64,000 nt of DNA, from the NCBI RefSeq assembly GCF_006345805.1, contig NC_043002.1, positions 107,198,001 to 107,262,000 of the forward strand, given 5' to 3'. This stretch comes from Octopus sinensis (lineage: Eukaryota). Below the pieces are notes generated by a model. That model made no database searches and was not told where the DNA came from. It was given only the letters and a program-made list of their open reading frames with translations. Shown here piece after piece: positions 39,111-52,016 of the stretch (position 1 is the first letter of the stretch; every line of letters begins with the position of its first letter). Made by a program: the position numbers and the translations under genes.

Positions 39111-40419
39111 TTAACCCTTTCATTACTGTATTTATTTTGAGATGCTCTGTGTTTTTTTCAATTGATTTTAAATATAACAAAGAATTTAGTAAAATAACTT
39201 AGTTACCATTAAGCTAGTATGGAAGATTTTAATTCAGAACTTTTGAAAACAAGACATTTCTACTACAGAGCCAGAAGCGGTTTCAGCCGAGTTGGTATCA
39301 AAAGAGTTAAGAATTGTTTCTCTGTTATATATTTTAACCCTTTTGTTACCATATTTCCGTTGAAATGCTCTGTGTTTTTTTCAATTAATTTTAAATATAA
39401 CAAAGAATTTAGTAAAATAACTTAGTTACCACTAACCCTTTCATTACTGTATTTATTTTGAGATGCTCTGTGTTTCTTTCAATTATTTTAAATATAACAA
39501 AGAATTTAGTAAAATAACTTAGTTATCATTCAGCTAGTGTTAGGAACGTAAATTGTGACTAAGGCTTGGTGGAATATTTTAATTCAAAACTTATGAAAAC
39601 AAGACATTTTACCACAGAGCCAGAGCCGGTTTTGGCCGGGTTAGTAACAAAAGGGTTAAGCTAGTATGGAAGATTTTAATTTAGAACTTTTGAAAACAAG
39701 ACATTTTTACTACAGAGCCAGAAGCGGTTTCAGCCGAGTTGGTATCAAAAGGGTTAAGAATTGTTTCTCTGTTATATATTTTAACCCTTTTGTTACCATA
39801 TTTCTTTTGAGATGTTCTGTGTTTTTTTCAATTAATTTTAAATATAACAAAGAATTTAGTAAAACAACTTAGTTATCATTCAGCTAGTGTTAGGAGCATA
39901 AATTGTGACTAAGGTTTGGTGGAAGATTTTAATTCAAGACTTATGAAATCAATATATTTGTACTCAGAGCCAGAGCTGGTTTCAACCGGTTTGGTAATGA
40001 AAGGGTTAAATAGTCCCTGTTTGATATTGGAGTTGGTGCCAGTGTTTTATAATAACCATACAATTGATACGACTGCAGCCAGGTGAAGAAGTTGGAGTTA
40101 GGATGCAAAGAAGTAGAGCAGCTACCACAAAAGATCTTGTCAAATTCTCCATCAGTTTTACCATTCCACTGTCTTGGACTGTTACTTCAGTTAACCCTTT
40201 CGTTACCGTATTTATTTTGAGATGCTCTGTGTTTCTTTCAATTATTTTAAATATAACAAAGAATTTAGTAAAATAACTTAGCAATCATTCAGCTAGTGTT
40301 AGGAATATAAATTGCAACTAAGGTTTGGTGGTATGTTTTGATGCAAAACTTTTGAAAACAAGACATTTGTACTACAGAGCCAGAGCCAGTTTTGGCCGGG
40401 TTAGTAACGAAAGGGTTAA
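39111..40419 (+). mobile_element. Cluster of five piggyBac-type MITEs (~200-230 bp), nested and tandem
   Basis: TTAA|CCCTTT...AAAGGG|TTAA termini at 39111, 39334, 39433 (nested), 39781 and 40191. Confidence 0.88.
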
Positions 40420-41866
40420 TGAAGCTGAAAGAGTGGAAGATAAAGGTAGCTTTAGCAGGATCTGAACTCAGAGCGTAAAGATCTTGACCAAACACCACAA
40501 GGCTTAAGCAACAAACTGGCTCTCATAAAACCCGTCTTTTAGCTCATGTCTAATGAGTTTGTTGTTAATGAATGATTGTAATAAAAGATAAAATGGAAAA
40601 TGATTTCATCAAACTGAGCTGATGATTTTAATCCCACTCTTGAAATCATTTCACACAACTCTTCATCGTTAAATGGTTGATGACACTAAATTAACCATTG
40701 ATGGATTGCAACTGATTATGAAAAGTCCAGCCGTAAATGACGTTTGATGTTTGATAACACTGGATTGAGATAAATAAGACTAATTAATTACTATGAGTTG
40801 TAAGTCTAATTAAAATATACTTACTATAAGTATATTGATTGCTTATTAGACAACTAATAAAGAATAAATATTAGCAAGAACAATGAGGAAGCCTCTAAGT
40901 GATCACTTGACCAGTTATGGTACGGTCTTAAAGAAATTAGAACACATTAGATAATGCAGTATTAGATTATACTGCATTAAGAGATTCATAGCTAGAATAT
41001 CCTTAATATTGAGCCCACTTCATTATATCTAGCACGGGTCCTAAACAACAGACACCAGTGGTTCATATTCTATCTCTGGTATTGTGTTATATCTTGGTCC
41101 TTCGATCTTTTAAGAATAACTAATATAATGCTCATTGCTGTAACCACTGCCACAAAACCTCTAATACAATTGCCCAACCTGTTAGAAATAGAAGTCAAAT
41201 CTCCCCCAAATCATACACGTCTTTGTTTCTCTCACATACACATACATCCTTATGACTGTTGTCTATCAGGAGCCCACATTCATGTCTATCATCATACAAA
41301 ATGAGAAATTTTTCTTGGCTAGAATTTTCTGTGTAATTTAGAAAATTGACCCATTTGTATTCCTTGTAAATGAGTCTTCCTTGTTTCTTATAATTCTTAC
41401 TAAAATAATTACAAAGGATTCTAATTGTCATTTCTGTAATCGGAAATTCTGTTACCTCATCAGTGTGATGTATTCCAAAAAAGGAGTTGTATTAAATAAT
41501 TGGAAGAATTTATAAAAGTTCCTAAAAATACTTACAAAAAATTTGTTCTTACTTTTCATTTTTATTTCCTAGATAAAAGGTGACAACTTTTGAAAAACTC
41601 TAGAAAAAGTACCAATAATAATTGATAAAGTTCCTGGTTTGTTTCAAGTTACAGATTTCATCATCATTTTCTTAACATCCACTTTTTCATATTTATATGG
41701 GTCGGACAGAATTGGTTGAGGTAGGTTTTCTTTGGCCAGATGTCCTTCCTGTTGCCAACCATCATTTATTTCCAAGTAAGGCAATATATCCCTATGACTG
41801 GGGAATGACATGTTTATATGGAGGATCAGAGACAAAGGACACCACTTTTAAGTCAGCGACATTTGT

Positions 41867-42096
41867 TTAACCCTTTAGTGTTCGCATTATTCTGCCAAAA
41901 TTAATGCCTTTCCATCCTCATTGTTTTGAACTAATCATGCATTAATCTTGGAGCTATGAGATTTTGATGAGGTAGCTGTTTATTTTTAAGATGATATTGT
42001 AGGGTTGGTGTGAGAGACCAGATATGGCCAGTTTGAACATAAAACAGGCAGAATACTTTTGGCCGGATATGGCCGGTTTAAATGCTAAAGGGTTAA
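41867..42096 (+). mobile_element. piggyBac-type MITE, family 2
   Basis: TTAACCCTTTAG...CTAAAGGGTTAA; inverted copy at 52020. Confidence 0.88.
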
Positions 42097-42320
42097 AACT
42101 ATCATGTGATGTCAAAACAAGGAAACACATGTACGCACACATGACAGGCTTTTTTCAGTTTCCATCTACCAAATCCACTCACAAGGTTTTGGCCAGACTG
42201 GAGCTATTGTAGAAGACACATACTTGTTGAAAGGACTGAACTTAAAACCCTGTGGATGGAAAGCAGACTTCTTAACCATACAGCCATATCTCTCAGATTG
42301 CTTTTTGGAATCAGTACAAT

Positions 42321-42725
42321 AGGCGCAGGAGTGGCTGTGTGGTAAGTAGCTTGCTTACCAACCACATGGTTCCGGGTTCAGTCCCACTGCGTGGCACCTT
42401 GGGCAAGTGTCTTCTACTATAGCCTCGGGCTGACCAATGCCTTGTGAGTGGATTTGGTAGACGGAAACTGAAAGAAGCCCATCGTATATATATATATGTG
42501 TGTGTGTGTGTGTGCATGTATGTTTGTGTGTCTGTGTTTCTCCCCCTAGCATTGCTTGACAACCGATGCTGGTGTGTTTATGTCCCCGTCACTTAGCGGT
42601 TCGGCAAAAGAGACCGATAGAATAAGTACTGGGCTTACAAAGAATAAGTCCCGGGGTCGAGTTGCTCGACTAAAGGCGGTGCTCCAGCATGGCCGCAGTC
42701 AACTCATTGAAACAAGTAAAAGAAT
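42321..42725 (+). mobile_element. SINE H2 (young)
   Basis: Family match; a degraded minus partial copy lies at ~42140-42290. Confidence 0.9.
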
Positions 42726-43859
42726 AATGTATATTTTCTTTGCCAAGTTCTGCCCACTCCAAGGCAGACCATCTTCTACTCAACATGATGTAAGAAATAC
42801 AGCAAAATATTTTAATCTTAGCCATACCAGGGTAAATCTAATCCTTGATATCATTTTAAAAGGATTCAAAACTTTTATTGGTGTAAACCTTTCTAAATAG
42901 AAGAAAAAAGTTTTTTTGTTTTTCTTATTAAATTATGGAAGGAGAGTGTAAATTACGATTTCTGAATAATTAGTTAATAAACATTGATCCTTTAATCACC
43001 AAGTTTGTAATCTAACTCAATCATAGGAATATTAATTTATTTAAGCAAGGAGAAGGGGATAGCAACTGGTAACACAAAATGATGATGAAATGGTGCCAAA
43101 AAGCTAAGTAGAACTAATTAGGTAGTGAAGAAAAAAAAACAATATTAGTTAATGGTTAATAATGGGTTAATTATTCTAGCAAGTATATGACATGTTTCAG
43201 GGTTATTAGAGCTCTTCAGTGAAGCATAGACTACAAAATATATATACTAAAATATTGAAGAAGATATGATTAAGTAAATATACAATATCATACATGAATA
43301 GGTGTGAAAAAGGAGCAGAATTTAACAAATTACTGAAAAAGCTTACTCAGGGAGACCAGCAGCAGGAAAAATAGTAGTCAATTTAGTGTTACATATTTTA
43401 TACAGTAAGTATTAAAAATCTAATTAGATATAATTATTCAGTGAAGAAAAGACAATATTATTCAATGACTAATATTATTTTAAGTATTTCAGCAAGTGTG
43501 GGAAACGTGGGTGTTAAACAGGAACGTTAATGAACAAACACTAACCACTTAATGCTTTCTAGTTAAAGCAAGTTTAATTAGATAATTCTTTTTTTATATT
43601 TTTTGATTAGTCCATTAGCATTGAGAGAAAAATTAATTTTCATTTTATTTCTTTATATTTATTTGGGTGATAAATTTTTTTTCTTTAGAGTATTTAGATA
43701 TCCCTGTGGTCTGAGATCGAATCCCACAAGGTCAGTTTTGCATTTCATCTTTCTTGAATTAGTAGAATACGTACCGGTTAAATCCTAGGGTTGATTGAAT
43801 CAACTGTTCCAGCCCCACCACCCAACTGCATGACCTTGTGTTCACTGTTTTCACTATTT

Positions 43860-44378
43860 TACTGGGCCTCACACAGGCAATGACAGGAGACCGAGACCTT
43901 TGGAGATATGCAGTGATTGAAGACCCGACAGCTAAAGAGAGATCACAGCCACGCATGTACCCCTGATGTGTCGGGCGATATGATATGCTTGAGAAGACCT
44001 GTTGAGTCAAATAAAACCAATATTATAGCTGTGGCCAATGCTCCCTGACTGGCTCCCGTGCTGGTAGCACATAAAATGCACCATCCAAAATGCAGTCAAT
44101 GCCAGGTCTGCCTGACTGGCTCCCATGCCGGTGGCATGTAAAAAGCACTATCCAAACATGATCGATGCCAGGCCCACCTGACTGCTCCTGTGCTGGTGGC
44201 ACGAAAAAGCATCCTCTACATTCTCAGAGCAGTTGGTGTTAAGAAAGGCATCCAGCTGTAGAAACATTGCCAGATCAGATTGGAGCCTGGTACAACCTCC
44301 TGGCTCTGCAGACCTCAGTCAAACCGTCCAACCCATGCCAGAATGGAAAGCGGACATTAAATGATGATGATGATGATG
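43860..44378 (+). mobile_element. RTE LINE 3' end
   Basis: LGLTQAMTGDRDLWRYAVIE, then UTR repeats and a (GAT)n tail. Confidence 0.78.
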
Positions 44379-44554
44379 TGTGTATGTGTGTGCTTGTGCT
44401 TCCAATGTCTGATGAGCTGGTCGTGTTTTCACATCCACAAAACTTTCAGTAAATTGAACCAGGTTTCACTTGTGAGGATTTGTCAATAAGTCAGTTTATT
44501 GCTTCCTTCTGGAACAACCCACCAACTGGCAAGTGGGTTCTTATATATTTATAT

Positions 44555-44866
44555 GTTGTTGTTGTTTGTTCCTTCTCCAGCCATGCCTGGCTCATAAGGG
44601 CTGGTTTCCCGGTTTCATTAGCATATAGGTTCCCAACCTGGACAGGACGCCAGTACGTCGCAAGTGAGCTGCTAGATGCAGGAGGAAAGAGTGAGAGAAA
44701 GTTATGGCAAAAGAGTCAGCAGAAGTTTCGCCATTACCTTCTGCTGGAGCCATGTGGAGCTTAGGTGTTTTACTCATAAACACGCACATCACCCGGTCTG
44801 AGATTCAAACTCACAATCCCTCGACTGTGAGTCCGCTGCTCTAACCACTAGGCTTTGCACCTCCAC
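44555..44866 (-). mobile_element. SINE H1 with tail C
   Basis: Reverse complement similar to 48360-48661; a degraded tail-A SINE follows at ~45035-45310. Confidence 0.82.
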
Positions 44867-45733
44867 ATCTAGTTATATGGCTAGAAAAAATAACCATAGT
44901 TGTCTGAAAGCATACACTACCATTTCTTTTTAGTTTGCAGATGAAGATGGTACCCATGACTGTTGTAGACCCTCCAAGACCAGTAAGCTGGATGCTGTTA
45001 ATGTTTTGTTTCTACTGCTGCAAATCTGGTATCTGTCAGTTATGACAACGAGGGTTCCCGTTGATCTCACCAAAGGACAGCCTACTTGTGAAAGTGGTTG
45101 AATGCTCCACAGAAACACATTCCCTTATTGTAGTTCTCGGGAGATTCAGCTTACACAGAATGGGACAAAGCTGGCCCAATCATTTTTATTGAGTGGGCTG
45201 GAACAGTATGTAGAGTGTCTTGCTCAAGGCTACAGTGCATCACTCGGAACTGAACTTGGGATCTTTTGATCATGAGCCAAATACCCTGACCATTAAGTCA
45301 TGCGCCTTCACTGTTGCAGATCAATAGCTGCAGGAAAGACAAGTGCAATGAGGAGATTCCAGAGAGATGGTGTTGCAAGGAAAAAGGACTGTGAATAGTG
45401 ATTAGTGCAAGGGTGATATGAGGTGAACAGATGTGTGGGCTGAGGGCGCTGGAGAAGAACAGGTATGACAGCAGTTCTGAGGAACAGAGGCCATTATAGT
45501 TGTACAAAAGGATATTGGATAATGTAAGCCAAAGTGCATTAGTCATGAAAAGAAAATTAGTAAGATCTTGGCTGGAATGTCTTCAGCCATAGAGCTATTC
45601 AATCAGAACTGGTCTGGAGTATAACAACAACAACAAGCTACCCGTGCTTCCTTTCCCTCTCCCTCGTCTTTAGAGGAGCCCCTTGTGGAAGTCACTGGGG
45701 AGTCTCTTCCTTCACTAACTAAGCCTTAAAAAT

Positions 45734-45920
45734 TGTGCCGGTGGCACGTAAAAAGCACCCACTACACACATGGAGTGGTTGGCGTTAGGAAGGGCATCCA
45801 GCCGTAGAAACATTGCCAGATCAAACTGGGCCTGGTGCAGCCTTCTGGCTTCCCAGACCCCAGTTGAACCGTCCAACCCATGCTAGCATGGAAAGCGGAC
45901 GCTAAACAATGATGATGATA
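45734..45920 (+). mobile_element. RTE 3' UTR terminal fragment
   Basis: Starts at GTGCCGGTGGCACGTAAAAAGCACC and ends in (GAT)n. Confidence 0.8.
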
Positions 45921-46402
45921 TGATGATTATGATGAACAGCATCCCAAGCAAGTCTTTTCATTCATTATTTTTAATTTATAATACAAAACAGATGAAAGAT
46001 AAAACCTGACACAGTATTTGAATCTAAATGTCTTCTTGGTTTATCAAAACAAAAAAAGTAACCTTATACTTAAAACTTGAGTCTTTCAACACCATTTCTT
46101 TGTTTATGTGTATGTATATTGTGTGTGTATATTATGTGTGCATATGTGTTATATATGTATATGTTTGAAGTGTGTTTATATATAATATATATATAGATAT
46201 ATATATAATATATATATATATATTTATATATGTGTGTGGTGTGATGTATATTATATACACATATGCACTTACACACGCATACATATGTATGTGTATGATG
46301 TTAGACCTGCATAAATACATGCGGTTATAATCACTGCATATATATGTGTGTGTCTGTGTATACACACATGAACACAAATATGTATGTATGTATGTACCTG
46401 TA

Positions 46403-46437
<35 letters not shown>

Positions 46438-46887
46438 GTGTGATTTGATGCCTAGATTAATTTAGGGATGTAGGGTGTGTGTGTGTGTGTGTGTAAGTGC
46501 CTGTTACCCTTTGTGACCTACCATTGACCCATCACTTAAAATCCTTCAATGAGGAGAGAATTAATCTATTTAATATGCATGCAAAACAAAATAAAAGAAA
46601 AATAATAGAAAAAGACTTAATGAAGACAATTATTATTGTTCCAGGTGTCAGCTAAATGGGGAAACTACAAAAGGCCTCATTCAGTCCAGTATTATAGTTG
46701 TAAATACATATCACACTTCAACACTTGTTTTATTATAAAAACAACTGCCTCTCTACTTACTTACTTATTGTAAATCACTTGATAAAAAGTTAATCCTTTT
46801 TTTATGGAGGGATCACTTACATTCATCATGTAGGAACTGCTGTTTCAACTGCCTGCTGTTGTTAATATTTAGTTTTTATGTATATAT

Positions 46888-47067
46888 ACTCTTTTACTCT
46901 TTAATCAAGTTTTTTACCCTTTAATCAAGCAACTCGACCCTGGGACTTATTCTTTTGTAAGCCCAGTACTTATTCTATCGGTCTCTTTTGCCAAACCGCT
47001 AAGTAACAGGGACATAAACACACCAGCATCGGTTGTCAAGCAATGCTAGGGGACAAACACAAACACT

Positions 47068-47104
<37 letters not shown>

Positions 47105-47265
47105 GACGGGCTTCTTTCAGTTTCCGTCTACCAAATCCACACAAGGCTTTGATCAGCCCAAAGCTATAGTAGAAGACACTTAACCAAGGTGCCACACAGT
47201 GGGACTGAATCCGGCACCATGTGGTTGGTAGACAAGCTACTTACCACACAGCCACTCCTGCGCCT
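46888..47265 (-). mobile_element. SINE H2
   Basis: Family match. Confidence 0.85.
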
Positions 47266-47338
47266 ATATTTATATATATATATATGAAAAAACAAGTCAA
47301 GATAGAAAATGCTAAAATAATTTTATAAAGAACATTTT

Positions 47339-47373
47339 AGTACCGGTTTCGGTCGTTTGAGACCTTTTCAACT
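47339..47373 (-). ncRNA. Minimal hammerhead motif, U3-A8 core variant
   Basis: AG TTGAAAA GGTC-TCAAAC-GACC GAAA CCGG T A CT; palindromic stem III ACCGGT; stem I is only 2 bp. Confidence 0.55.
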
Positions 47374-47457
47374 GTAACGATTAAAAAATTAAATTTAGAA
47401 AAATTGAAAGAAAAGTTTTTTTAAAGGAATATTTGTATAGTGTTCAATATAAGTGGC

Positions 47458-47557
47458 NNNNNNNNNNNNNNNNNNNNNNNNNNNNNNNNNNNNNNNNNNN
47501 NNNNNNNNNNNNNNNNNNNNNNNNNNNNNNNNNNNNNNNNNNNNNNNNNNNNNNNNN
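47458..47557. other. Assembly gap (100 N)
   Basis: Run of N. Confidence 1.
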
Positions 47558-47723
47558 ACGTTCTGAGTTCAAATTCCGCCGTGGTCGACTTTGCCTTTCA
47601 TCCTTTCGGGGTCGATAAAATTAAGTACCATTTACGCACTGGGGCTGATGTAATCGACTCAATTCGTTTGTCTGTCCTTGTTTGTCCCCTCATGTTTAGC
47701 ATCTTGTGGGTAGTAAAGAAATA
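47558..47723 (+). mobile_element. Nin-like SINE unit (same tail as 1483-1878)
   Basis: Sequence match; another copy lies at ~48005-48200. Confidence 0.8.
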
Positions 47724-47751
47724 GCATGCATTTGGAGTGGGAGGGGGGGTG

Positions 47752-48004
47752 TCAAGTGTAGTGTTGGCGAATTTCAGGAAGCATGGTGGTTTTAAAGGAT
47801 GCAATGTCTCGGCAACTAACAACTGATGCAGGTAGTTTGTTCCATGCTTCAGTAACTCTGAGTGTGAAAAAATGTTTGTGAAAGTCATGGGAGCCATGCT
47901 GCTTTCCGACTTTGTAGGCATGTCCACATGTGTTAGACACATGGAGCTCAAAAAGGTACTCAAAGGGGTTGTTGGTGTAATGGTTAATAATTTTGTAGGT
48001 GTTT
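47752..48004 (-). mobile_element. CR1 3' fragment related to the 19-kb element
   Basis: SNTCGHAYKV..FFTLRVTEAWNKLPASVVSC matches 19121-19400. Confidence 0.85.
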
Positions 48005-48359
48005 AAGGCATTGAGCTGGCAGAACCATTAGCATGTCGGGTCAAATGCTGCTAAGCATTTCGCTTGTCTTTATATTCTGAGTTCAAATTCCACCGTGGCT
48101 GACTTTGCCTTTTGTCTTTTCAGTACCAGTTGAATGCTGGGGGTGATGTAATCAACTTACCTTTTCCCCTGAAATGCTGGCCTTGTGCCAAAATTTGAAA
48201 CTTAAAATGTCATATGTAAACAAACATAAGTTTGTTTTTGAAACATTGAAATGTATTGTAGAACAAGTAGAAAGATAGGAAGGATAAAAAGTTTTGAATG
48301 GTACAACAATGCACTATAATACAGACAATGGGCTATAATACCTGTTGTAATTTAGTCAT

Positions 48360-48661
48360 GTGGAGGCACATGGCCTAGTGGTTAGAGCAGTGGACTCGCG
48401 GTCGAAGGATCGCAGGTTCGAATCTCAGACAGGTTGATGTGTGTGTTTATGAGCAAAACACCTAAGCTCCATGTGGCTCCGGCAGAAGGTAATGGCGAAA
48501 CTTCTGCTGATTCTTTCGCCACAACTTTCTCTCACTCTTTCCTCCTGCATCTAGCAGCTCACCTGTGATGGACCGGCGTCCTGTCCAGGTGGGGAACCTA
48601 TATGCCAAGAAACCGAGAAACCGGCCCTTATGAGCCAGGCATGGCTCGAGAAGGAACAAAC
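48360..48661 (+). mobile_element. SINE H1 with tail C
   Basis: 11-bp TSD AATTTAGTCAT (48349-48359, 48662-48672). Confidence 0.88.
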
Positions 48662-49987
48662 AATTTAGTCATCCATAGTCTGATATTATATTTCGGAATA
48701 ATATTCCTTCTTCAGATATTCTTAGATGGAGTCACTGCTATAATCGGTTTTCCAACAGCTCTTCTTTCTTCTTTTTTTTTGGGGAAGCATCTCAGCAGTG
48801 GTTTCACGATGCTCCTTCCGGAATTCCTCATGAGAAGTGTGTGAGGTCAGCCATGTCTCAATCTCATGTGGGCTGGTACATCCGTAGCGCTGCTTCTAAG
48901 GTACATATTATACGTGCAGTTTTTTCAACACATAAATACTGATAGAACAGTATATATAGGATAAAATCCTTTTAGAACAGAAAAGTTTGTCGGCAACCAG
49001 TCATACTCTGACCGGATATCAGAGGGATGTGAGTTCATTCCTCATGGCTGGTGGTTGCCGACAAAATTTTCTCCTCATTGAAACTGATAGTTTATATAGC
49101 AGTTGGTAAACAATCGGACAAAATGCTTTGAGGTGTTTACAATCTTTTATGTTCTGAGTTCAAATCTTACTTAGGTTAATTTTTGCCTTTTAACTTTCTG
49201 GGGTCAGTAAAATAAAGTATTGCTGAAGGACTAGAGCCATTGTAATTGACTTTGTGACTCTCTCAAATTTTAGGCATTATGTTTATATAAAGAAACCATT
49301 ATGACTTTTTATTCTTTTAACACGTACAAGCATAGCTCCGTAGTTAAGAGGCTTACATCCTAAATATGTGGTTTTTGGGTTCAGTCCCACTGTGTCACCT
49401 GGGGCAAGGGTATTCACTTATAAACTCTGGGCCAACCAAAGCCTTGTGAGAGGATTTGGAAACTGAAGAAACCAACCATACATTCTATAAGTGTTTATGT
49501 TTGTGTGTTTACCTCGTGTTCATTGGTTTGTAAACAATTGCTTCCTGCCATGTCATTGGCTTGTATTCCTACACGAAAGGATGTCCAGACTTCTTGGCAC
49601 ATTTTGACATGTTGCACAATATTTGTAAACAAATGACTTTTTAAACAGTGTTATTTGTTTCCAGTTCTCTGCATGAAACATGTCTGGGCTGTTTGTAGTT
49701 TGATAGACTGGAAAATGATAAGCTCGCTTGGAAACAAGTGAGAATTGGCAACAGGAAGGACATCTGGCAATAGAAAAACTCTGCCTCTTGTCTAATGCAT
49801 GCAAACATGGAAAGGCAGACATTAAAGCAATAATGATGATTATTAGATGATACTAACTTAAACCACAAAATCCCAGTTCTATAAACCATTTTCTTTTTGT
49901 TATTTAACAATGGTCTTGTCAGGAGCAAGGATCACCCTCATGAACTTTGCAAGTCCTTTAAGACTGGGGAGATTGGTCAATCTTTAT

Positions 49988-50674
49988 ATGCAATGAATGT
50001 TCTCAACAAATCACAAAGATATTGGCACATTATACTTCATTTTTGGAATTTGATCAGGACTTCTTGGTACTTCCTTAAGTATAATAATTCGAATAGAATT
50101 AGGACAACCAGGATCTCTTCTTAATGATAATCAACTATATATAAAGCTGAAGTTGTCTGTGTGTGGCAGGTTTGGTAGCCTTCAACTGACACTATCTCCT
50201 CCGAGACCCTGCGGCGCAAGTTGACCAAAATTGAAAGTATGATAGAAGAAGGCTTGCTCTTCATTCCATAGAAGATAAAATTCAAATCGGACCATGTTAA
50301 GACCAAATATTATTTACATCAAAAGGTGCTTTTTTTTCTATGAAAATCCCGATTTTTTACGATTTTTTGACTGCTGTGTCGCCATGTTTCGGTGTATTTC
50401 AACCAGAAAAATGTTCACTTAAAGAGAATAACAGAATAACAAGCTACATAATGCAACATTTTTACTTTTCAAAAATTCCAATTCTAAAGGGTCGAAACAA
50501 ACCCGAGCAATGCCGGGCGATACTGCTAGTCAACTATAATGTAATTGTCACAGCCCATGCATTCGTAATAATTTTTTTCCTTGTTATACCCGTTATCATC
50601 GGAAGATTTGGAAATTGATTAGTACCTCTAATATTAGGAACTCCAGATATAGCATTCCCACAAACAAATAATAA
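49988..50674 (+). pseudogene. cox1: NUMT: 5' end of mitochondrial cox1, split by a Helitron
   Basis: With the invertebrate mitochondrial code it reads [41 protein letters not shown]|QL.[40 protein letters not shown]. Confidence 0.95.
50131..50529 (+). mobile_element. Non-autonomous Helitron inside the NUMT
   Basis: A|TC start; 3' CCCGAGCAATGCCGGG-CGATACTG-CTAG|T, the same end as the 7272 family. Confidence 0.85.
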
Positions 50675-52016
50675 GGATGCCTTGTTAGAACACCAAATAC
50701 TGCATTATTAGCTTTGAGAGATGTTCACATGTAGACATTTGGTGCATAAAGGCACACACATAGATTATAGGAGAGTGAAATCTTGTAATATGGCAATTTC
50801 AGCATTCCAGACAGATGATTCTCATCTGTTAAGGTTATCTCTACAGATATTCTATAGAATTTATGGCCAGTACTGATTTTTGCTACATTTCGTATACAAG
50901 ACATCAGATGTAAACAAACTATGAGATTGAAGATGAGAAAAGGGTAATGGGTATATATGCCATATTTTGGGGGTTTTCACCCCTTCATCAGCACCCGTCA
51001 GCATTCAGCCTTGAATATATTGCTTAAATAGCCACTGTAGACTATGGTGTTTGGTTACTGGATATACCAAATTACATATTAAACGCATTCCTGGAAGCTG
51101 GCACGTAAATACTAATGACTTGTAAAAGTGCACTGCTAACACAGTAGAACGTGCTATTGACTTATAAAAAGGTTTAATATACTTTGTAGAATATTATGGT
51201 TGTATAACGAAATACTGCATAGCTACAAGTCATTAGGATTCCCTTCTACTCTAGGCACAAGGCCTGAAATTTTTGGAAGGGGGGGGCAGTTCATTAGATC
51301 GACCCCAGTACGCGACTGGTACTTAAGTTATTGACCCTGAAAAGATGAAAGGCAAAGTTGACCTCGGCAGAATTTGAACTCAGAATGTAAAGACAGATGA
51401 AATACTGCTAAGCATTTCACCCGGTGTGCTAACATTTCTGCCAGCTCGCCGCCTTTAAAGAATATTCTTTTCTACTCTAGCCACAAGGCTCAAAATTTTT
51501 GGGGTGGAAGCCAGTCGATTAGATCGACCCCTGTATGCAACTGGTACTTAAGTTATCAACCCTGAAAGGATGAAAGGCAAAGTTGACCTCAGTGGAATTT
51601 GAACTCAGAACGTAATGACAGATGAAATAGCACTAAGCATTTCACCCGGTGTGCTAACGTCTCTGCCAGCTTGCCACCTTAATAATCTTTTCTATTCTAG
51701 GCACAAGGCCCGAAATTTTGGGGGAGGGAGACAGTTGATTAGATCGGCTCCTGTATGTAACTGGTACTTAATGTATCGACCCTGAAAGGATGAAAAGCAA
51801 AGTCGACCTCAGCGGAATTTGAACTCAGAATGTAAAGAAAGATGAAATACTGCTAAGCATTTCGCCCGGCATGCTAACGTTTCTGCCAGTTCACCACCAT
51901 AATTATTAGGATTCTCATTTGCTACGATCTATATGTGTGCTTTATGCACCAAGCACCTGTTTGAGAGGATCTTTCAAGGCCAATAAAGTAGTATTTGGTG
52001 TTCTAACAGGGCGTCC
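50675..52016. mobile_element. Old element with ~105-bp degenerate terminal inverted repeats (class uncertain)
   Basis: GGATGCCTTGTTAGAACACCAAATACT... versus ...AGTATTTGGTGTTCTAACAGGGCGTCC; no TSD seen. Confidence 0.6.
51242..51904 (-). mobile_element. Head-to-tail trimer of a Nin-like SINE
   Basis: Three ~215-bp full units; the whole array is flanked by ATTAGGATTC. Confidence 0.88.

Noticed and set aside
50340-50618. ORF ending in COX1-like residues
   Set aside because: Chance fusion of Helitron sequence with the NUMT
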